NCBI GenBank assembly: GCA_947649935.1
Contig: CANSTR010000002.1
Location: 2,075-66,074 of the forward strand
Reading direction: 5' to 3'
Length of the DNA: 64,000 nucleotides
Source: an uncultured Clostridia bacterium
GTDB lineage: Bacteria > Bacillota > Clostridia > TANB77 > CAG-508
Below the pieces are notes generated by a model, which worked only from the letters and a program-made list of their open reading frames with translations, had not been told where the DNA came from and did not search any database. Shown here in pieces: positions 31,896 through 42,855 of the stretch (position 1 is the stretch's first letter; every line of letters starts with the position of its first letter). The translations under genes and the position numbers were made by a program.

Positions 31896-32411
31896 ATGAA
31901 ACAGAGAAGTCTATTAACAAGTATATTTTTTAGTATGGTTGCTATGATTGGAGCAGCGATGATTGTAGGTGGCGGAGCGATGCTAATGAAATCAATTTAC
32001 TTTGCGCCACAAAATTATATAAAGGGGATTTTGGGAACCATAATCTGTTTATTTTTTGGAATTATTTTTGTATTAGTTAGTTTTAGTATGTTATTTGGAA
32101 ACGTAACGGTTGTGGGACCAAAAAGGAGATTGGTAGTTAACAAAACAAAGATTTATGCCGATTTTGATAGAATCGAAATGAATACTTCCACAAAGGTGAA
32201 TGGAAAACATCCATATGTTGTATTTTGTTGTGGGCAAATTCCAGACGGAGAAGTGATGGAATTCAAAAGTGAAAATATTTGGTATGACCCAACGCGCAAA
32301 ATAGAAGATCGAGGCATCAAGAAAATTCCTGTTTACGTAAATCCGAATAGACCGAAAAAATATTATGTTTCTTTAGAAGAATTGGAGGGAAAAAATTGGA
32401 AATTATCTTAG
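31896..32411 (+). CDS. Membrane protein, paralogous C-terminal domain to 31176-31868
   Basis: KIYADFD...VNGKHPYV...EFKSENIW...VYVNPNRPKKYYVSLEE. Confidence 0.65.
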   Translation: MKQRSLLTSIFFSMVAMIGAAMIVGGGAMLMKSIYFAPQNYIKGILGTIICLFFGIIFVLVSFSMLFGNVTVVGPKRRLVVNKTKIYADFDRIEMNTSTKVNGKHPYVVFCCGQIPDGEVMEFKSENIWYDPTRKIEDRGIKKIPVYVNPNRPKKYYVSLEELEGKNWKLS

Positions 32412-32971
32412 CATCAAGTTCACAAAGGAGAAAAGATTTGATGACACAGGCCCAAATTCCATATTCAGTGATGGTCAGCGATTTTGATGAAAAAGTTAAC
32501 GCTGGCTTAAGCTTGGAGGAACAATCCAAAGAAATTGCTTATGGAAAAGCCAAAGATATTTTTGATAAAACGACAGGAAATAGATGCGTGATTGGCTCAG
32601 ATACTTTGGTGATTGTGGATGGCAAGCAGTTTGGCAAGGCCAAAACAAGGGAAGAGGCAATCGACATGCTAAAACAAATCCAAGGAAAATCACATCAAAT
32701 TTTTACGAGTCTTGCAATTATAATCGAGAAAAATGGTCAAACGAAAACGTACAAGGAACTTTCGCAAAATACAGTTTTCGTAAAAGAAATGACAGAAGAG
32801 GAAATCCAAGATTATGTGGATTCCGAAAAACCGTATTTTTGCGCGGGAGCATATGCAATTCAAGGTATTTTTTCAGTGTTTATTCAAAGAATAGAAGGTG
32901 ACTATTCCGCTATTTTAGGGTTGCCAATCAATCGTGTGTATGATATTTTGAAGGAAAATCAGATCATTTAA
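32396..32971 (+). CDS. maf: Maf-family nucleoside triphosphate pyrophosphatase
   Basis: IILASSSQRRKDL, VIGSDTLV, AGAYAIQG, ILGLP. Confidence 0.9.
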   Translation: MEIILASSSQRRKDLMTQAQIPYSVMVSDFDEKVNAGLSLEEQSKEIAYGKAKDIFDKTTGNRCVIGSDTLVIVDGKQFGKAKTREEAIDMLKQIQGKSHQIFTSLAIIIEKNGQTKTYKELSQNTVFVKEMTEEEIQDYVDSEKPYFCAGAYAIQGIFSVFIQRIEGDYSAILGLPINRVYDILKENQII

Positions 32972-33027
32972 TCCATAAAACATGAATATTTTTTTGCCCA
33001 ATTGGAACAATAAGGCAAAAGGAGTAT

Positions 33028-33807
33028 TTGTGTATGGAAAAAACAGAAAAGAAACTTGACATTTGGTCAATTTTTATGTATTTAATTTTGTATAGCATTG
33101 CAGGATTTTTGATAGAAACGATTTTTGGACTTTTTACAAAAGGTGTTTTGGAAAGTAGAAAAAGTTTTTTGTATGGGCCATTTTGCGCGATTTACGGAAT
33201 TGGCGCGATTGTGATGATTGTTGCTTTGCGAAACGAAAAAAGCAATCTTAAATTATTTTTTGGAGGAGCCATTCTTGGCGCTATTGTAGAATATTTGATG
33301 AGTCTGATTTGTGAGAAAATGTTTGGCATCAAATGGTGGGATTATTCTGATTATTGGGTTAACATTCAAGGAAGAACATGTCTTTTTTTTGCCGTTTCAT
33401 GGGGTGTTTTAGCGATTTTTTTAATCAAATATGTGAACCCTTATGTGGACCAATTTATTGAAATGTTGAAACCAAAACAGTATGGATTTAAGGTTGGTGT
33501 GAGTTTGTTAGTTGCGTTCTTCTGCTTGGATGCGGTGCTTACGGCCTATACTTTAAAAGTATTTTATTACAGAATTGCGACGGAGAAAGATTTGAATATC
33601 ACCAACAAAACGCAAATTCAAAATAAATATGCGCAAATCAAGGAAAGCAACGATTTGGCAGGTTTGATTAATCAGCATTTTGACAATGAAAAAATGTTGA
33701 TTAATTATCCAAATATGATTATTGAAGAAGAAAATAAAAATCAAGTTTATGTAGAAAGTTTGTTGGATGATGTGAAATCATATTATTATCGCTTGGGTGA
33801 TTTGTAA
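33028..33807 (+). CDS. Putative ABC transporter permease-like membrane protein (CmpB/DUF1113 type)
   Basis: YS..GF..ET...GFLYGP-like FLYGPFCAIYG, WWDYS, NIQGRTCL. Confidence 0.75.
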   Translation: MCMEKTEKKLDIWSIFMYLILYSIAGFLIETIFGLFTKGVLESRKSFLYGPFCAIYGIGAIVMIVALRNEKSNLKLFFGGAILGAIVEYLMSLICEKMFGIKWWDYSDYWVNIQGRTCLFFAVSWGVLAIFLIKYVNPYVDQFIEMLKPKQYGFKVGVSLLVAFFCLDAVLTAYTLKVFYYRIATEKDLNITNKTQIQNKYAQIKESNDLAGLINQHFDNEKMLINYPNMIIEEENKNQVYVESLLDDVKSYYYRLGDL

Positions 33808-33847
33808 GGGCGTAGACTACGTCCTTCTTACATAAAAGGAGGAAAAG

Positions 33848-34348
33848 ATGAAGTTACATATTGTGTTAGTGGAGCCAGAAATTCCACAAAATACGGGAAA
33901 TATAGCGCGAACTTGTGCAGCTTTAGGGGCAAAGTTGCATTTGGTGTATCCGCTGGGATTTTCGATTTCGGAAAAACAGGTAAAACGAGCTGGGCTCGAT
34001 TATTGGGATAAATTGGAAATCGAAGAACATTTGAATTTTGAGGAATTTTTGACGAAATACAAACCAGAAGAAAATCACATGTTTTTTGTGACGACAAAGG
34101 GAAAGCAAGTTTATTGCGATTTCGATTATTCCCAAATGGATGAAATTTTTATTTTGTTTGGAAAAGAAACCAGAGGTTTGCCAGAAGATATTTTGCAAAA
34201 ATATATTGAGAAAACGATTCGAATTCCAATGCGACCACATTTGCGTTCTTTAAATTTAGCCAATTCTGTTGCAATTGTGGCGTATGATATTTTTAGGCAG
34301 TGCGAATTCGAGGGGTTAGAAAATATAAGTCAGTATTTTCAAATGTAG
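33848..34348 (+). CDS. trmL: tRNA (cytidine/uridine-34 2'-O) methyltransferase TrmL
   Basis: EPEIPQNTGNIARTC, KRAGLDYW, FGKETRGL, RSLNLANSVAI. Confidence 0.92.
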   Translation: MKLHIVLVEPEIPQNTGNIARTCAALGAKLHLVYPLGFSISEKQVKRAGLDYWDKLEIEEHLNFEEFLTKYKPEENHMFFVTTKGKQVYCDFDYSQMDEIFILFGKETRGLPEDILQKYIEKTIRIPMRPHLRSLNLANSVAIVAYDIFRQCEFEGLENISQYFQM

Positions 34349-34357
34349 GGGCGTGCA

Positions 34358-34873
34358 TTGCACGTCCGTGTCATAAAAATATGTCAATCGAAAAGAGGAA
34401 AATATTTGAAAGAATTAATAACTAGGAAAAATATAAGATTAAAGCAATATGATTATTCACAAAATGGATATTATTTCATAACAATATGTACAAAAGATAG
34501 GGAATGCATATTATCTAAAATTGAAAGAAACTGTAGGGGCGTGCATTGCTCGTCCGTGTTGTCTGAACAAGGTAAAATTGTAGAAAAGTGTCTAAAAAAG
34601 ATAGAAGATATTTATCCCAATATAACATTAGATGAATATATTATTATGCCGAATCATATACATATAATTTTAATTATAAATCAAAAACAAATGAATACAA
34701 TATCAAAAATAATACAGCAGTTTAAAGGAAAAGTTACGAAGATAATAAGATATTCCATTTGGCAAAAATTATTTTATGAACATATTATTCGAAATGAGAA
34801 GGAATATTGGACAATAAAAGAATACATAAAGAGTAATCCAGATAATTGGGAGAATGATACATATAGACAGTAG
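34358..34873 (+). mobile_element. REP-associated tyrosine transposase (RAYT, IS200/Y1 HUH superfamily)
   Basis: RKNIRLKQYDYSQNGYYFITICTKDR, IMPNHIH, WQKLFYEHIIR...YIKSNP; flanked by GTAG REPs. Confidence 0.88.
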
Positions 34874-35091
34874 GGGCGTGCATTGCACGTCCGTTATAAT
34901 AAATAACAATAATTTATATAAAGAATGTTCGTTAGAATTTAGATAATTAAATAAAATATGTATTTATTTTTATGATAATAAATACACGGACGAGCAATGC
35001 TCGCCCCTACATAGTTCAGCATATTTTTTATTGTTGTAAAAAATGTATAATTTACCAAATTTCGCCCATAATACTAACCAAGGTGAGTATT

Positions 35092-35670
35092 ATGAGAAAA
35101 GAATATATTTATATTGTTATTTTAATTTTGTCGGTTGCGGGAATGATTGGTGGTATTGTTAGCCTATTAAACTTAAGTCGTGATACAAGAGATGCAAAAG
35201 TGACGACAAATCAAGTGCAAATGCATAACATAGGTGAAACGGAAAATACAGTCACCACAGCAAGTTCGGAAGAAAAAGTTTCTCCGAATGCAGCATTTGC
35301 GTTAAAAAAATATTACGATGAATGTAGTCATTTTGATTATGAGGAAGTAGAATTGCCCAAAGAACTTGTGAATTTAACAGAAGAAGAGGTGCAGGATTTT
35401 TATACTGGCTGGGAAATTGAGGAATTCTCGAAAGACAAGCTTGTTTTGACCAAAGAGGTAAATGGATATTGCAATCAACATTTCATTATTAAGTTGGATG
35501 ATAGCATGGTAAATGTTTATCGAGTCGGAACAATGGGAGAATTGAATGAATACAAAACAACAGACATTTCCAAGGACTATCTTCCAGAGGAGGATATCGA
35601 AAAATTGGAAGTGGGTATTCCAATTTATGGGGAAGGCAAATTGGGAGCAGCGTTAGAAGATTACGAGTAA
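35092..35670 (+). CDS. BofC C-terminal-domain sporulation protein
   Basis: N-terminal TM; ELVNLTEEE...WEIEEFS...TDIS..YLPEEDIEKLE.GI. Confidence 0.65.
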   Translation: MRKEYIYIVILILSVAGMIGGIVSLLNLSRDTRDAKVTTNQVQMHNIGETENTVTTASSEEKVSPNAAFALKKYYDECSHFDYEEVELPKELVNLTEEEVQDFYTGWEIEEFSKDKLVLTKEVNGYCNQHFIIKLDDSMVNVYRVGTMGELNEYKTTDISKDYLPEEDIEKLEVGIPIYGEGKLGAALEDYE

Positions 35671-35770
35671 TACACATTTTTGGTAATTTGTCAAGTTGAC
35701 ATAAGCTTAAAAATATGATATAATAAAAAGATAGGGGATATTTCAAAAATATCTCCTATTTTCAATCAAT

Positions 35771-38080
35771 TTATTTGTTTACGATGAATTTCAATTCATC
35801 ATTTTCGAGTTCTACTAAAATCGTTTGACCGGTTACTACTTCAGATTTTAAGACCATTTCTGAGATTTCATCCTCAATATATCGTTGGATGGAACGACGA
35901 AGTGGTCGCGCACCGTATTTTAAATCGGTGCCTTTTGTTAACAAAAATTTCTTCACATCTGTTGAAATTTCCAACGAAATATTTTTGTTATCCAAAGCGG
36001 CTTGTGTTTTTGCTAAAAGCAAATCCACGATTTGCAATAATTCATCGATCGTTAATGGGCTAAAAGCAACAATTTCGTCAATTCTGTTCAAAAATTCAGG
36101 GCGAAAAGCTTCTTTTAATGCATGTAGCATTTTGTCATTATCCATAATGGATTTTGCGCCAAAACCGATGGAATTATTGTTTAAATTGGAACCTGCATTG
36201 GAGGTCATAATAATAATCGTGTTTTCAAAATTGACGCTATTTCCTTGAGAATCCGTCAATTTTCCATCATCTAAAACTTGCAATAAAATGTTGAATACAT
36301 CAGGATGCGCTTTTTCAATTTCGTCTAGTAAAATAATCGAATATGGTTTACGTTTTACCTTTTCGGTTAACTGTCCTGCATCGTCATAACCGACATAACC
36401 AGGAGGTGAACCGATTAGTTTAGAAGTTGAATGACTTTCCATATATTCTGACATGTCAACTCGAATAATGGAATCCTCAGAGCCAAACATCTCGTAAGCC
36501 AACGATTTCGCAAGTTCAGTTTTACCAACACCAGTTGGACCAACAAAGATGAAAGAGGGTGGACGTTTTGTGCTTTGAAGTCCAGCGCGATTTCTACGAA
36601 TCGCTTTTGAAACAGCTTCCACAGCAGAATTTTGCCCAATCACACGGCGATGAAGATTTGCTTCCAAATTCAATAATTTTTGTGTTTCTGCTTCTGTGAT
36701 TTTTGTAACAGGAATTTTTGTCCAACGCTCAATGACTTCTGCAATGTCTTGCACAGACAAAACAGCAGGCGTCAAGTTTGCTTCGATTTCTTTCATTCGG
36801 TCTGTTAGAGTACATTCTTTTGTTTTCAAATCAGCCGCTTTTTGGTAATCTTCGATGGAATCAGAAGAAACTGCTTCTTCTTTTTCTTCCGTCAATTTTT
36901 TCAATTCATTTTTGATGATTTCAAGTTCGTACAATTCTTTATTTCCCAAATTGATTTTTGAACAAGCTTCATCAATCAAATCGATTGCCTTATCTGGCAA
37001 AAATCGATCATGAATGTACTTTTCAGACATTTTGACTGTTTTTTCAATCACATCATCCGAAATTAAAACTTTATGAAATTCTTCATAATATTTTTTAATT
37101 CCTTTTAAAATTCCAATGGCATCTTCAACAGTAGGCTCTTCTACCATAACTGGTTGCAAACGCCTTTCTAAAGCCGTATCTTTTTCAATATATTTTCGAT
37201 ACTCTTTGAGTGTCGTGGTTCCAATTAATTGAATATCACCATTTGATAGGGCAGGTTTTAAAATATTCGCAGCATTCATGGAATGCTCAGCGTCACCTGC
37301 GCCGATGATATTGTGCACTTCATCGATTACTAAAATGATGTTTCCGTACGTTTTGCATTCATCAATTAAAGACTTCATACGTGCTTCAAATTGACCTCTA
37401 AACTGCGTTCCAGCAATAATAGCAGTGATATCAATCAAATAAACTTCTTTATTTAGCAATTTGGCAGGGACTTGTTGATTAGCAATTTTAATTGCTAATC
37501 CTTGTGCAATTGCTGTTTTACCAACGCCAGGTTCACCAATTAAGCATGGGTTATTTTTGGAACGTCGATTTAAAATTTGGGTAATACGTTGGATTTCACG
37601 TTCGCGCCCAATCACTTCATCCAATCCGCCATTTTTAGCTTTTTCTGTTAAATTTGTGCCAAATGTATCTAAAAATCTTTTTTTGTTATTCTTTGGCTTT
37701 TTATTTACTTTGACAGCTTTTTTTTGCCCACCATTGTTGTTATTGCTAGATGCGCCATTGGCATTTTGTGCTTGATTGGTAAAGCCCTTGAACATATTAA
37801 AAATATTACCAAATGGATTATTCTCTTCCGACATATCGCCATCTACAACAGGCTCAAAATTCAAATCACCAGAAAAATCCTGGAAAATTTCCTCAAATTG
37901 ATTCGACATATCTTCCAATTCATCCTGTGATAAATTCGCATTTTTCACAATCACATCCAGTGGATTAATTCCACGTTTTTTCGCACAATTATAACATAAT
38001 CCTTCTGTTGATGTTTGACCATTTTCTGTTTTGTTGATAAACACAACAGCTGTATTTTTATTGCAATTTGAACATAACAT
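35771..38080 (-). CDS. clpE: Clp protease ATP-binding subunit, ClpE/ClpC type with N-terminal Zn finger
   Basis: MLCSNC...LCYNC; GEPGVGKT; GPTGVGKT; RVDMSEY; YGARPLRR. Confidence 0.88.
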   Translation of the reverse strand: MLCSNCNKNTAVVFINKTENGQTSTEGLCYNCAKKRGINPLDVIVKNANLSQDELEDMSNQFEEIFQDFSGDLNFEPVVDGDMSEENNPFGNIFNMFKGFTNQAQNANGASSNNNNGGQKKAVKVNKKPKNNKKRFLDTFGTNLTEKAKNGGLDEVIGREREIQRITQILNRRSKNNPCLIGEPGVGKTAIAQGLAIKIANQQVPAKLLNKEVYLIDITAIIAGTQFRGQFEARMKSLIDECKTYGNIILVIDEVHNIIGAGDAEHSMNAANILKPALSNGDIQLIGTTTLKEYRKYIEKDTALERRLQPVMVEEPTVEDAIGILKGIKKYYEEFHKVLISDDVIEKTVKMSEKYIHDRFLPDKAIDLIDEACSKINLGNKELYELEIIKNELKKLTEEKEEAVSSDSIEDYQKAADLKTKECTLTDRMKEIEANLTPAVLSVQDIAEVIERWTKIPVTKITEAETQKLLNLEANLHRRVIGQNSAVEAVSKAIRRNRAGLQSTKRPPSFIFVGPTGVGKTELAKSLAYEMFGSEDSIIRVDMSEYMESHSTSKLIGSPPGYVGYDDAGQLTEKVKRKPYSIILLDEIEKAHPDVFNILLQVLDDGKLTDSQGNSVNFENTIIIMTSNAGSNLNNNSIGFGAKSIMDNDKMLHALKEAFRPEFLNRIDEIVAFSPLTIDELLQIVDLLLAKTQAALDNKNISLEISTDVKKFLLTKGTDLKYGARPLRRSIQRYIEDEISEMVLKSEVVTGQTILVELENDELKFIVNK

Positions 38081-38133
38081 AATTTTTCTCCTTAAAAAGC
38101 ATATAATAAATAATCATACAATATTTTTGAAAA

Positions 38134-39354
38134 TTAGTCAACCTTTTCTAGCTTATGATAAACTTTTTTTCCTTTTTTTAAGATGGCATAACCATTTTCA
38201 AAATCTTTGTCAGATAAGTTATAATTGATATCCGCTATTTTTTCATCATTTAGAGAAATTCCGCCTTGCGTAATTAAAGTTTTAGCTTGTCCTTTTGATG
38301 AAACAATTTGTGTTTGTACTAAAGCATCAAGAATCGATAGATTTATGTTTTCCAATTTTGTCGATGGCATACTAGCAATATTTCCTTGTCCGCCAAACAA
38401 AGCATTAGCAGCATCTTCCGCTTTTTGTGCTTCGGTTTCACCATGAATCAATTTTGTAATTTCAAAAGCAACTTTTCTTTTGGCATCATTAATTTTTTCA
38501 TCTTTTAATAAAGAAATTTCTTTGATTTCGTCCATTGGCATAAACGTAAGCAATTTGGCAACATTGACAACATCGGCGTCATCAATATTGCGCCAATATT
38601 GGTAAAATTCGTATGGCGAAACTTTTTCGTTATCAAGCCACAAAGCGCCTTTTTCGGTTTTGCCCATTTTTTTGCCTTCTTTTGTGGTAAGAAGTTTGAA
38701 AGTTAAACCAAAAGAATCGTCTTTTCCGATTTTACGAATCAAATCGACACCGCCGATAATGTTGGACCATTGGTCGTTTCCGCCGATTTCAAGTTTGCAA
38801 CCATAGGTATTGTACAAATGCAAAAAGTCGTAAGATTGCATCAACATGTAGCCCATTTCAAAAAAGGTAAGACCAGTTTCTAGGCGGTTTTTGTAGCATT
38901 CTGCAGCAAGCATTTTGTTGACGGAAAACAAAGTGCCGATTTCACGCATAAAATCAATATAATTCAAGTTTAAAAGCCAGTCCGCATTATTTACGATAAT
39001 GGCAGCATTTTCGCCTTTAAAGCTAACAAATTTCTCAATTTGTTTTTTAATACATTCGACATTATGATTGATATCTTCACGAGTGAGCATTTTTCGGATA
39101 TCTGTTTTTCCGCTTGGGTCACCAATCACAGCGGTTCCACCGCCCACCAAAATGATAGGTTTGTGCCCATATTTTTGCAAATTCGATGCCACCATCAGTG
39201 ACACAAAATGGCCAACATGCAAACTATCAGCCGTTGGGTCAATTCCAATATAAAATGGCACAGATTCCTTTCCTAAAAGTTCCTTAATCTCCTCTGGATG
39301 AGTTAATTGCTCGATATATCCACGTTCTTCCAGAACGTCAAAAACATTATTCAT
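38134..39354 (-). CDS. tyrS: Tyrosyl-tRNA synthetase
   Basis: GIDPTADSLHVGH, GGNDQWSNI, KKMGKT, C-terminal S4 domain. Confidence 0.96.
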   Translation of the reverse strand: MNNVFDVLEERGYIEQLTHPEEIKELLGKESVPFYIGIDPTADSLHVGHFVSLMVASNLQKYGHKPIILVGGGTAVIGDPSGKTDIRKMLTREDINHNVECIKKQIEKFVSFKGENAAIIVNNADWLLNLNYIDFMREIGTLFSVNKMLAAECYKNRLETGLTFFEMGYMLMQSYDFLHLYNTYGCKLEIGGNDQWSNIIGGVDLIRKIGKDDSFGLTFKLLTTKEGKKMGKTEKGALWLDNEKVSPYEFYQYWRNIDDADVVNVAKLLTFMPMDEIKEISLLKDEKINDAKRKVAFEITKLIHGETEAQKAEDAANALFGGQGNIASMPSTKLENINLSILDALVQTQIVSSKGQAKTLITQGGISLNDEKIADINYNLSDKDFENGYAILKKGKKVYHKLEKVD

Positions 39355-39470
39355 AACGATTTCCTCCTTAAATTTGGTTTATTATATCAGAAAAAATGTG
39401 AAAAATCAACTTGTAATCAGAAAAACATATTGAAAAACAAAAAAATCTATGCTAAAATATTCCAAAAGGG

Positions 39471-39968
39471 GTGATTCAAATGAACTGGTTGGATTGGGAA
39501 ATAGAAGGAAAAATTTATAAAAGAATGCTGATTTTGGGCATTGGAATGATTATGATTTATTTGGTGATAACGTTTTTATCGTTTGCCATGCCACATCGTT
39601 ACCACCTGCCTGAAAACATAGCGCTAGATACGCAAAATACCGTAAAAAACGGCATTATGAGTTTGTACAAAGGACAGCATCGATTGGAAATTTCCGGTTG
39701 GGCATACAAGCAGGGACAAGCTGTCAAAACTTTCAACAGTAGTTTTATTTTGAAAAATGAGGAAACAGAAAAAATGTATCGTTTCAAAACAAGTAAGCAA
39801 ATCATCGAAGAATTGCATTTTGTAGATGGTTTGGACTGCTTAAATTGCGGTTTGAAAGCCCAGCCGTTTTTCTTTGGTATGCCAAAGGGAACGTATGAGT
39901 TGTACATTTTATACCAAAACGACGGAGAAAATTTGCTTGTCGACACAAGCCAAAAAATAGATTTATAA
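39471..39968 (+). CDS. Hypothetical membrane-anchored protein
   Basis: One TM then a beta-rich domain (EISGWAY...). Confidence 0.55.
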   Translation: MIQMNWLDWEIEGKIYKRMLILGIGMIMIYLVITFLSFAMPHRYHLPENIALDTQNTVKNGIMSLYKGQHRLEISGWAYKQGQAVKTFNSSFILKNEETEKMYRFKTSKQIIEELHFVDGLDCLNCGLKAQPFFFGMPKGTYELYILYQNDGENLLVDTSQKIDL

Positions 39969-39990
39969 AAAGAAAAGGGGAAAAACAAAA

Positions 39991-41361
39991 ATGACGAAAA
40001 TAAAAAATTTTTTCAAAAGCAACACCAGAATCGCTGTGCTCATTCTCTTTATTTTGGAATTTTGCATCAGCATTTGGATTACGCCAGACAAATACGATTC
40101 CGAATTTTTTATCAATCAAGTAAAAGAAATGTCGGTGCTAAACTTCGTAAAAATGCGCTACCAAACATGGACATCGAGAATTTTAATCGAAACATTAATA
40201 GGCGTCATTTTACTAAAATCACGCTTTGTTTGGGTCATCTTGAACACACTCATGATGACAATTTTAGGATATTCCATCTTAAAACTTTTTGTCAAAAACG
40301 ACGACAAAAGTTTAGTGTGGATGACGATTTGCTTTATTTTGCTGTATCCACTCAACAAAATCGCATCTTGCGATTGGGGCGCAGGTTCCATGAATTATAC
40401 ATGGCCACTTGCGATGTTACTATTTAGTGCGATTTCCATTAAGAAAATTTGCAATGAAGAGAAAATCGCGAAATACCAATATCCGCTTTATTCGCTTGCT
40501 TTAATTTTTGCTTGCAACCAAGAGCAGTCTTGTGCTATCGCGTTGGGAGCCTATTTTGTTTTTACATTTTTATACATCCTAAAACATAAAAAAGTGCATC
40601 CGTTTTTAATCATACAATGCATTTTTATCCTGCTAAGTTTGGCATTTATTGCGACTTGTCCGGGAAATTACGCCAGAAAAAGTGACGAAATTTCTACCTA
40701 TTACGTGGACTTCGCATCCTTTAGCATGCTAGACAAAATTTCGCTTGGTTTAACAGCAACAGTCAACCAATTGTTGCTTAATACCAATGTTGTATTTCTC
40801 GTATTTTCGCTTGTTACAACAGTTTACATTTTTAAACAATACAAAAACAATTTGTATCGAGCCATTAGTTTGGTGCCATTTGTAGCATGTTTGGCGTTTG
40901 GCGTTTTAAAAGATGTCGTGTGCAAAATGTATCCATATTTTGGCATATTTTGCGAAATTCTCATGAAGGAAGACACGATGTTAACAGCGGGAAATTATTT
41001 GAACTTTATCAATTTTCTTCCGCTCGTGTTAGCATTTGTGATACTGGGAAGCATGCTACTGAACATTTTGCTGATTTTCAAAAATTTAAAAAGCAATGTA
41101 GCAATCGTTATTTTCCTATTAGGCGTGATGTCCAGAATGGCGCTAGGTTTTTCGCCAACGGTATTTGCTTCAACAGACAGAACCTTTCTATTTTTTGAAT
41201 TTGCTTTAATTATCATTAGTGTACTAATCTGGCAAGAATTCATGAAAGAAACAGACAAATCGCAAATAAAAACGAGAAGCCGATTGGCAACATTTATTGC
41301 CGTATTAGCAGTTCTACAATATGTTCACACAATCATCTATACATTCATCAGCCAGGTGTAG
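39991..41361 (+). CDS. Polytopic GT-C-like glycosyltransferase (DUF6056/GtrII-like)
   Basis: RYQTWTSR, GSMNYTWP, ACNQEQ, CPGNYAR; about 10 TMs. Confidence 0.65.
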   Translation: MTKIKNFFKSNTRIAVLILFILEFCISIWITPDKYDSEFFINQVKEMSVLNFVKMRYQTWTSRILIETLIGVILLKSRFVWVILNTLMMTILGYSILKLFVKNDDKSLVWMTICFILLYPLNKIASCDWGAGSMNYTWPLAMLLFSAISIKKICNEEKIAKYQYPLYSLALIFACNQEQSCAIALGAYFVFTFLYILKHKKVHPFLIIQCIFILLSLAFIATCPGNYARKSDEISTYYVDFASFSMLDKISLGLTATVNQLLLNTNVVFLVFSLVTTVYIFKQYKNNLYRAISLVPFVACLAFGVLKDVVCKMYPYFGIFCEILMKEDTMLTAGNYLNFINFLPLVLAFVILGSMLLNILLIFKNLKSNVAIVIFLLGVMSRMALGFSPTVFASTDRTFLFFEFALIIISVLIWQEFMKETDKSQIKTRSRLATFIAVLAVLQYVHTIIYTFISQV

Positions 41362-41556
41362 GGGTCGATGCCCACATCGACCCTTTTACCAAATTTAAGG
41401 AAAAAATAATGAACTATTAAGGATTCCTTAATAGTTCATTTTTGTGCATAAAATTTTCAAAAATACAAAAAATAGGGAAAAATTCAATTGTTAACCTTGA
41501 CAAACAAATCGGGATAAGATATAATGTTAACCGAAGATAACTTTAAGGAGAAAGCT

Positions 41557-42000
41557 ATGATTTCCAAGTCATTAGAGGAATATTTGAAAACCATGTATGT
41601 GCTAGAAAAGCAAAATGGGCGAGTGCGTGTCACAGATGTTGCCAACAAAATGAATTGCACCAAAGCAAGTGTCAACAAAGCGCTCCATCATTTAAAAGAC
41701 AATGAACTCATTCATTATGAAACTTACGGAACGATAGAACTCACAAAATCTGGTGAAGATTTAGCGAAGAAAACGTTAGAAGTTTACGATATTGTTTTTC
41801 TGTTTCTAAAAGATGTGTTAAATCTCGAAGAAGAGGAAGCCGAGCAGGAAGCTGAAAAAATCAAATCCGCCATTACGGACAACACCATCAATCAGTTAGC
41901 CAAATATGTGCATCAGGTGTTAGATTTGAACGATTTGAATTGCGATTATGATGTAAACAAAGAAAAATGCAGAAATTGCGTTCGACGAACCAACAAATAA
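41557..42000 (+). CDS. DtxR/MntR-family metal-dependent regulator
   Basis: SLEEYLKTMY...VRVTDVA..M.CTKASV.KAL..L. Confidence 0.85.
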   Translation: MISKSLEEYLKTMYVLEKQNGRVRVTDVANKMNCTKASVNKALHHLKDNELIHYETYGTIELTKSGEDLAKKTLEVYDIVFLFLKDVLNLEEEEAEQEAEKIKSAITDNTINQLAKYVHQVLDLNDLNCDYDVNKEKCRNCVRRTNK

Positions 42001-42057
42001 TGTAGGGGCACAGGGCACCGTGCCCAAAAACTACAATAAAACAGAAAGGAAAAAATC

Positions 42058-42795
42058 ATGAACAATCCATTATTAGAAATCAAAGATTTGCATGTCAATG
42101 CAGAAGAAAAAGAAATTTTAAAAGGAATTAATTTAGAAATAAAAAAAGGCGAAATTCATGTCATTATGGGACCAAATGGTTCTGGCAAAACCACGACGGC
42201 AAATGCTATTTTGAACAATCCAATGTACACCAAAACAGCAGGGAGCATTGAATTTGAGGGGGAAAATATCAATGCTTTAAAAACAGACGAAATTGCGCGA
42301 AAGGGAATTTTTATGTCATTTCAATTGCCAGAAGAAATTCCAGGCGTTTTGGTGACGAATTTTTTGAAGTATGCGAAAAATCAAATTACGGGAAAGCCAG
42401 TGAAGATTTTTGAATTTAAAGAAGAATTGAAAAAAGATATGGAAGCGTTGAATATGAATCCGAAAAATATGGAAAGAAGTTTGAATGTTGGGTTTTCTGG
42501 TGGAGAAAAAAAGAAGAATGAGATTTTGCAAATGCTTGTGTTAAATCCAAAGTTGGCGATTTTGGATGAAACGGATTCTGGGCTTGATGTTGACGCTATC
42601 AAAACCGTTTCCAAGGGAATTGAGATGTTCAAAAATGAGAATAATGCGGTTTTGATTATTACGCATAATACAAAAATTTTGCACAGTTTGAAAGTTGATT
42701 TTGTACATGTTTTAGTGAATGGAAAAATTGTCAAAACAGGAACACAGGAATTGGCGAAGGAAATTGAGGAAAATGGGTATAATGAATATAAATAA
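42058..42795 (+). CDS. sufC: Fe-S assembly ATPase SufC
   Basis: MGPNGSGKTT, LNVGFSGGEKKKNEILQ, LDETDSGLD. Confidence 0.95.
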   Translation: MNNPLLEIKDLHVNAEEKEILKGINLEIKKGEIHVIMGPNGSGKTTTANAILNNPMYTKTAGSIEFEGENINALKTDEIARKGIFMSFQLPEEIPGVLVTNFLKYAKNQITGKPVKIFEFKEELKKDMEALNMNPKNMERSLNVGFSGGEKKKNEILQMLVLNPKLAILDETDSGLDVDAIKTVSKGIEMFKNENNAVLIITHNTKILHSLKVDFVHVLVNGKIVKTGTQELAKEIEENGYNEYK

Positions 42796-42855
42796 AAAGC
42801 TTACTGAAGAGAGAGTTCTCACTTCAATAAGCTTAATCAATAAATGGTGATAAGC

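Larger units (their letters stand above)
33804..42025. repeat. GTAGGGG(C/T)-type REP hairpins at 33804-33826, 34345-34369, 34533-34557, 34870-34894, 34986-35010 (inverted), 41358-41383, 42002-42025
   Basis: GTAGGGGCGTGCATTGCACGTCCGT and variants, each GTAG plus a short GC-rich hairpin. Confidence 0.8.

Noticed and set aside
39355-39470. T-box leader upstream of tyrS
   Set aside because: The intergenic region is too short and no T-box consensus is visible.
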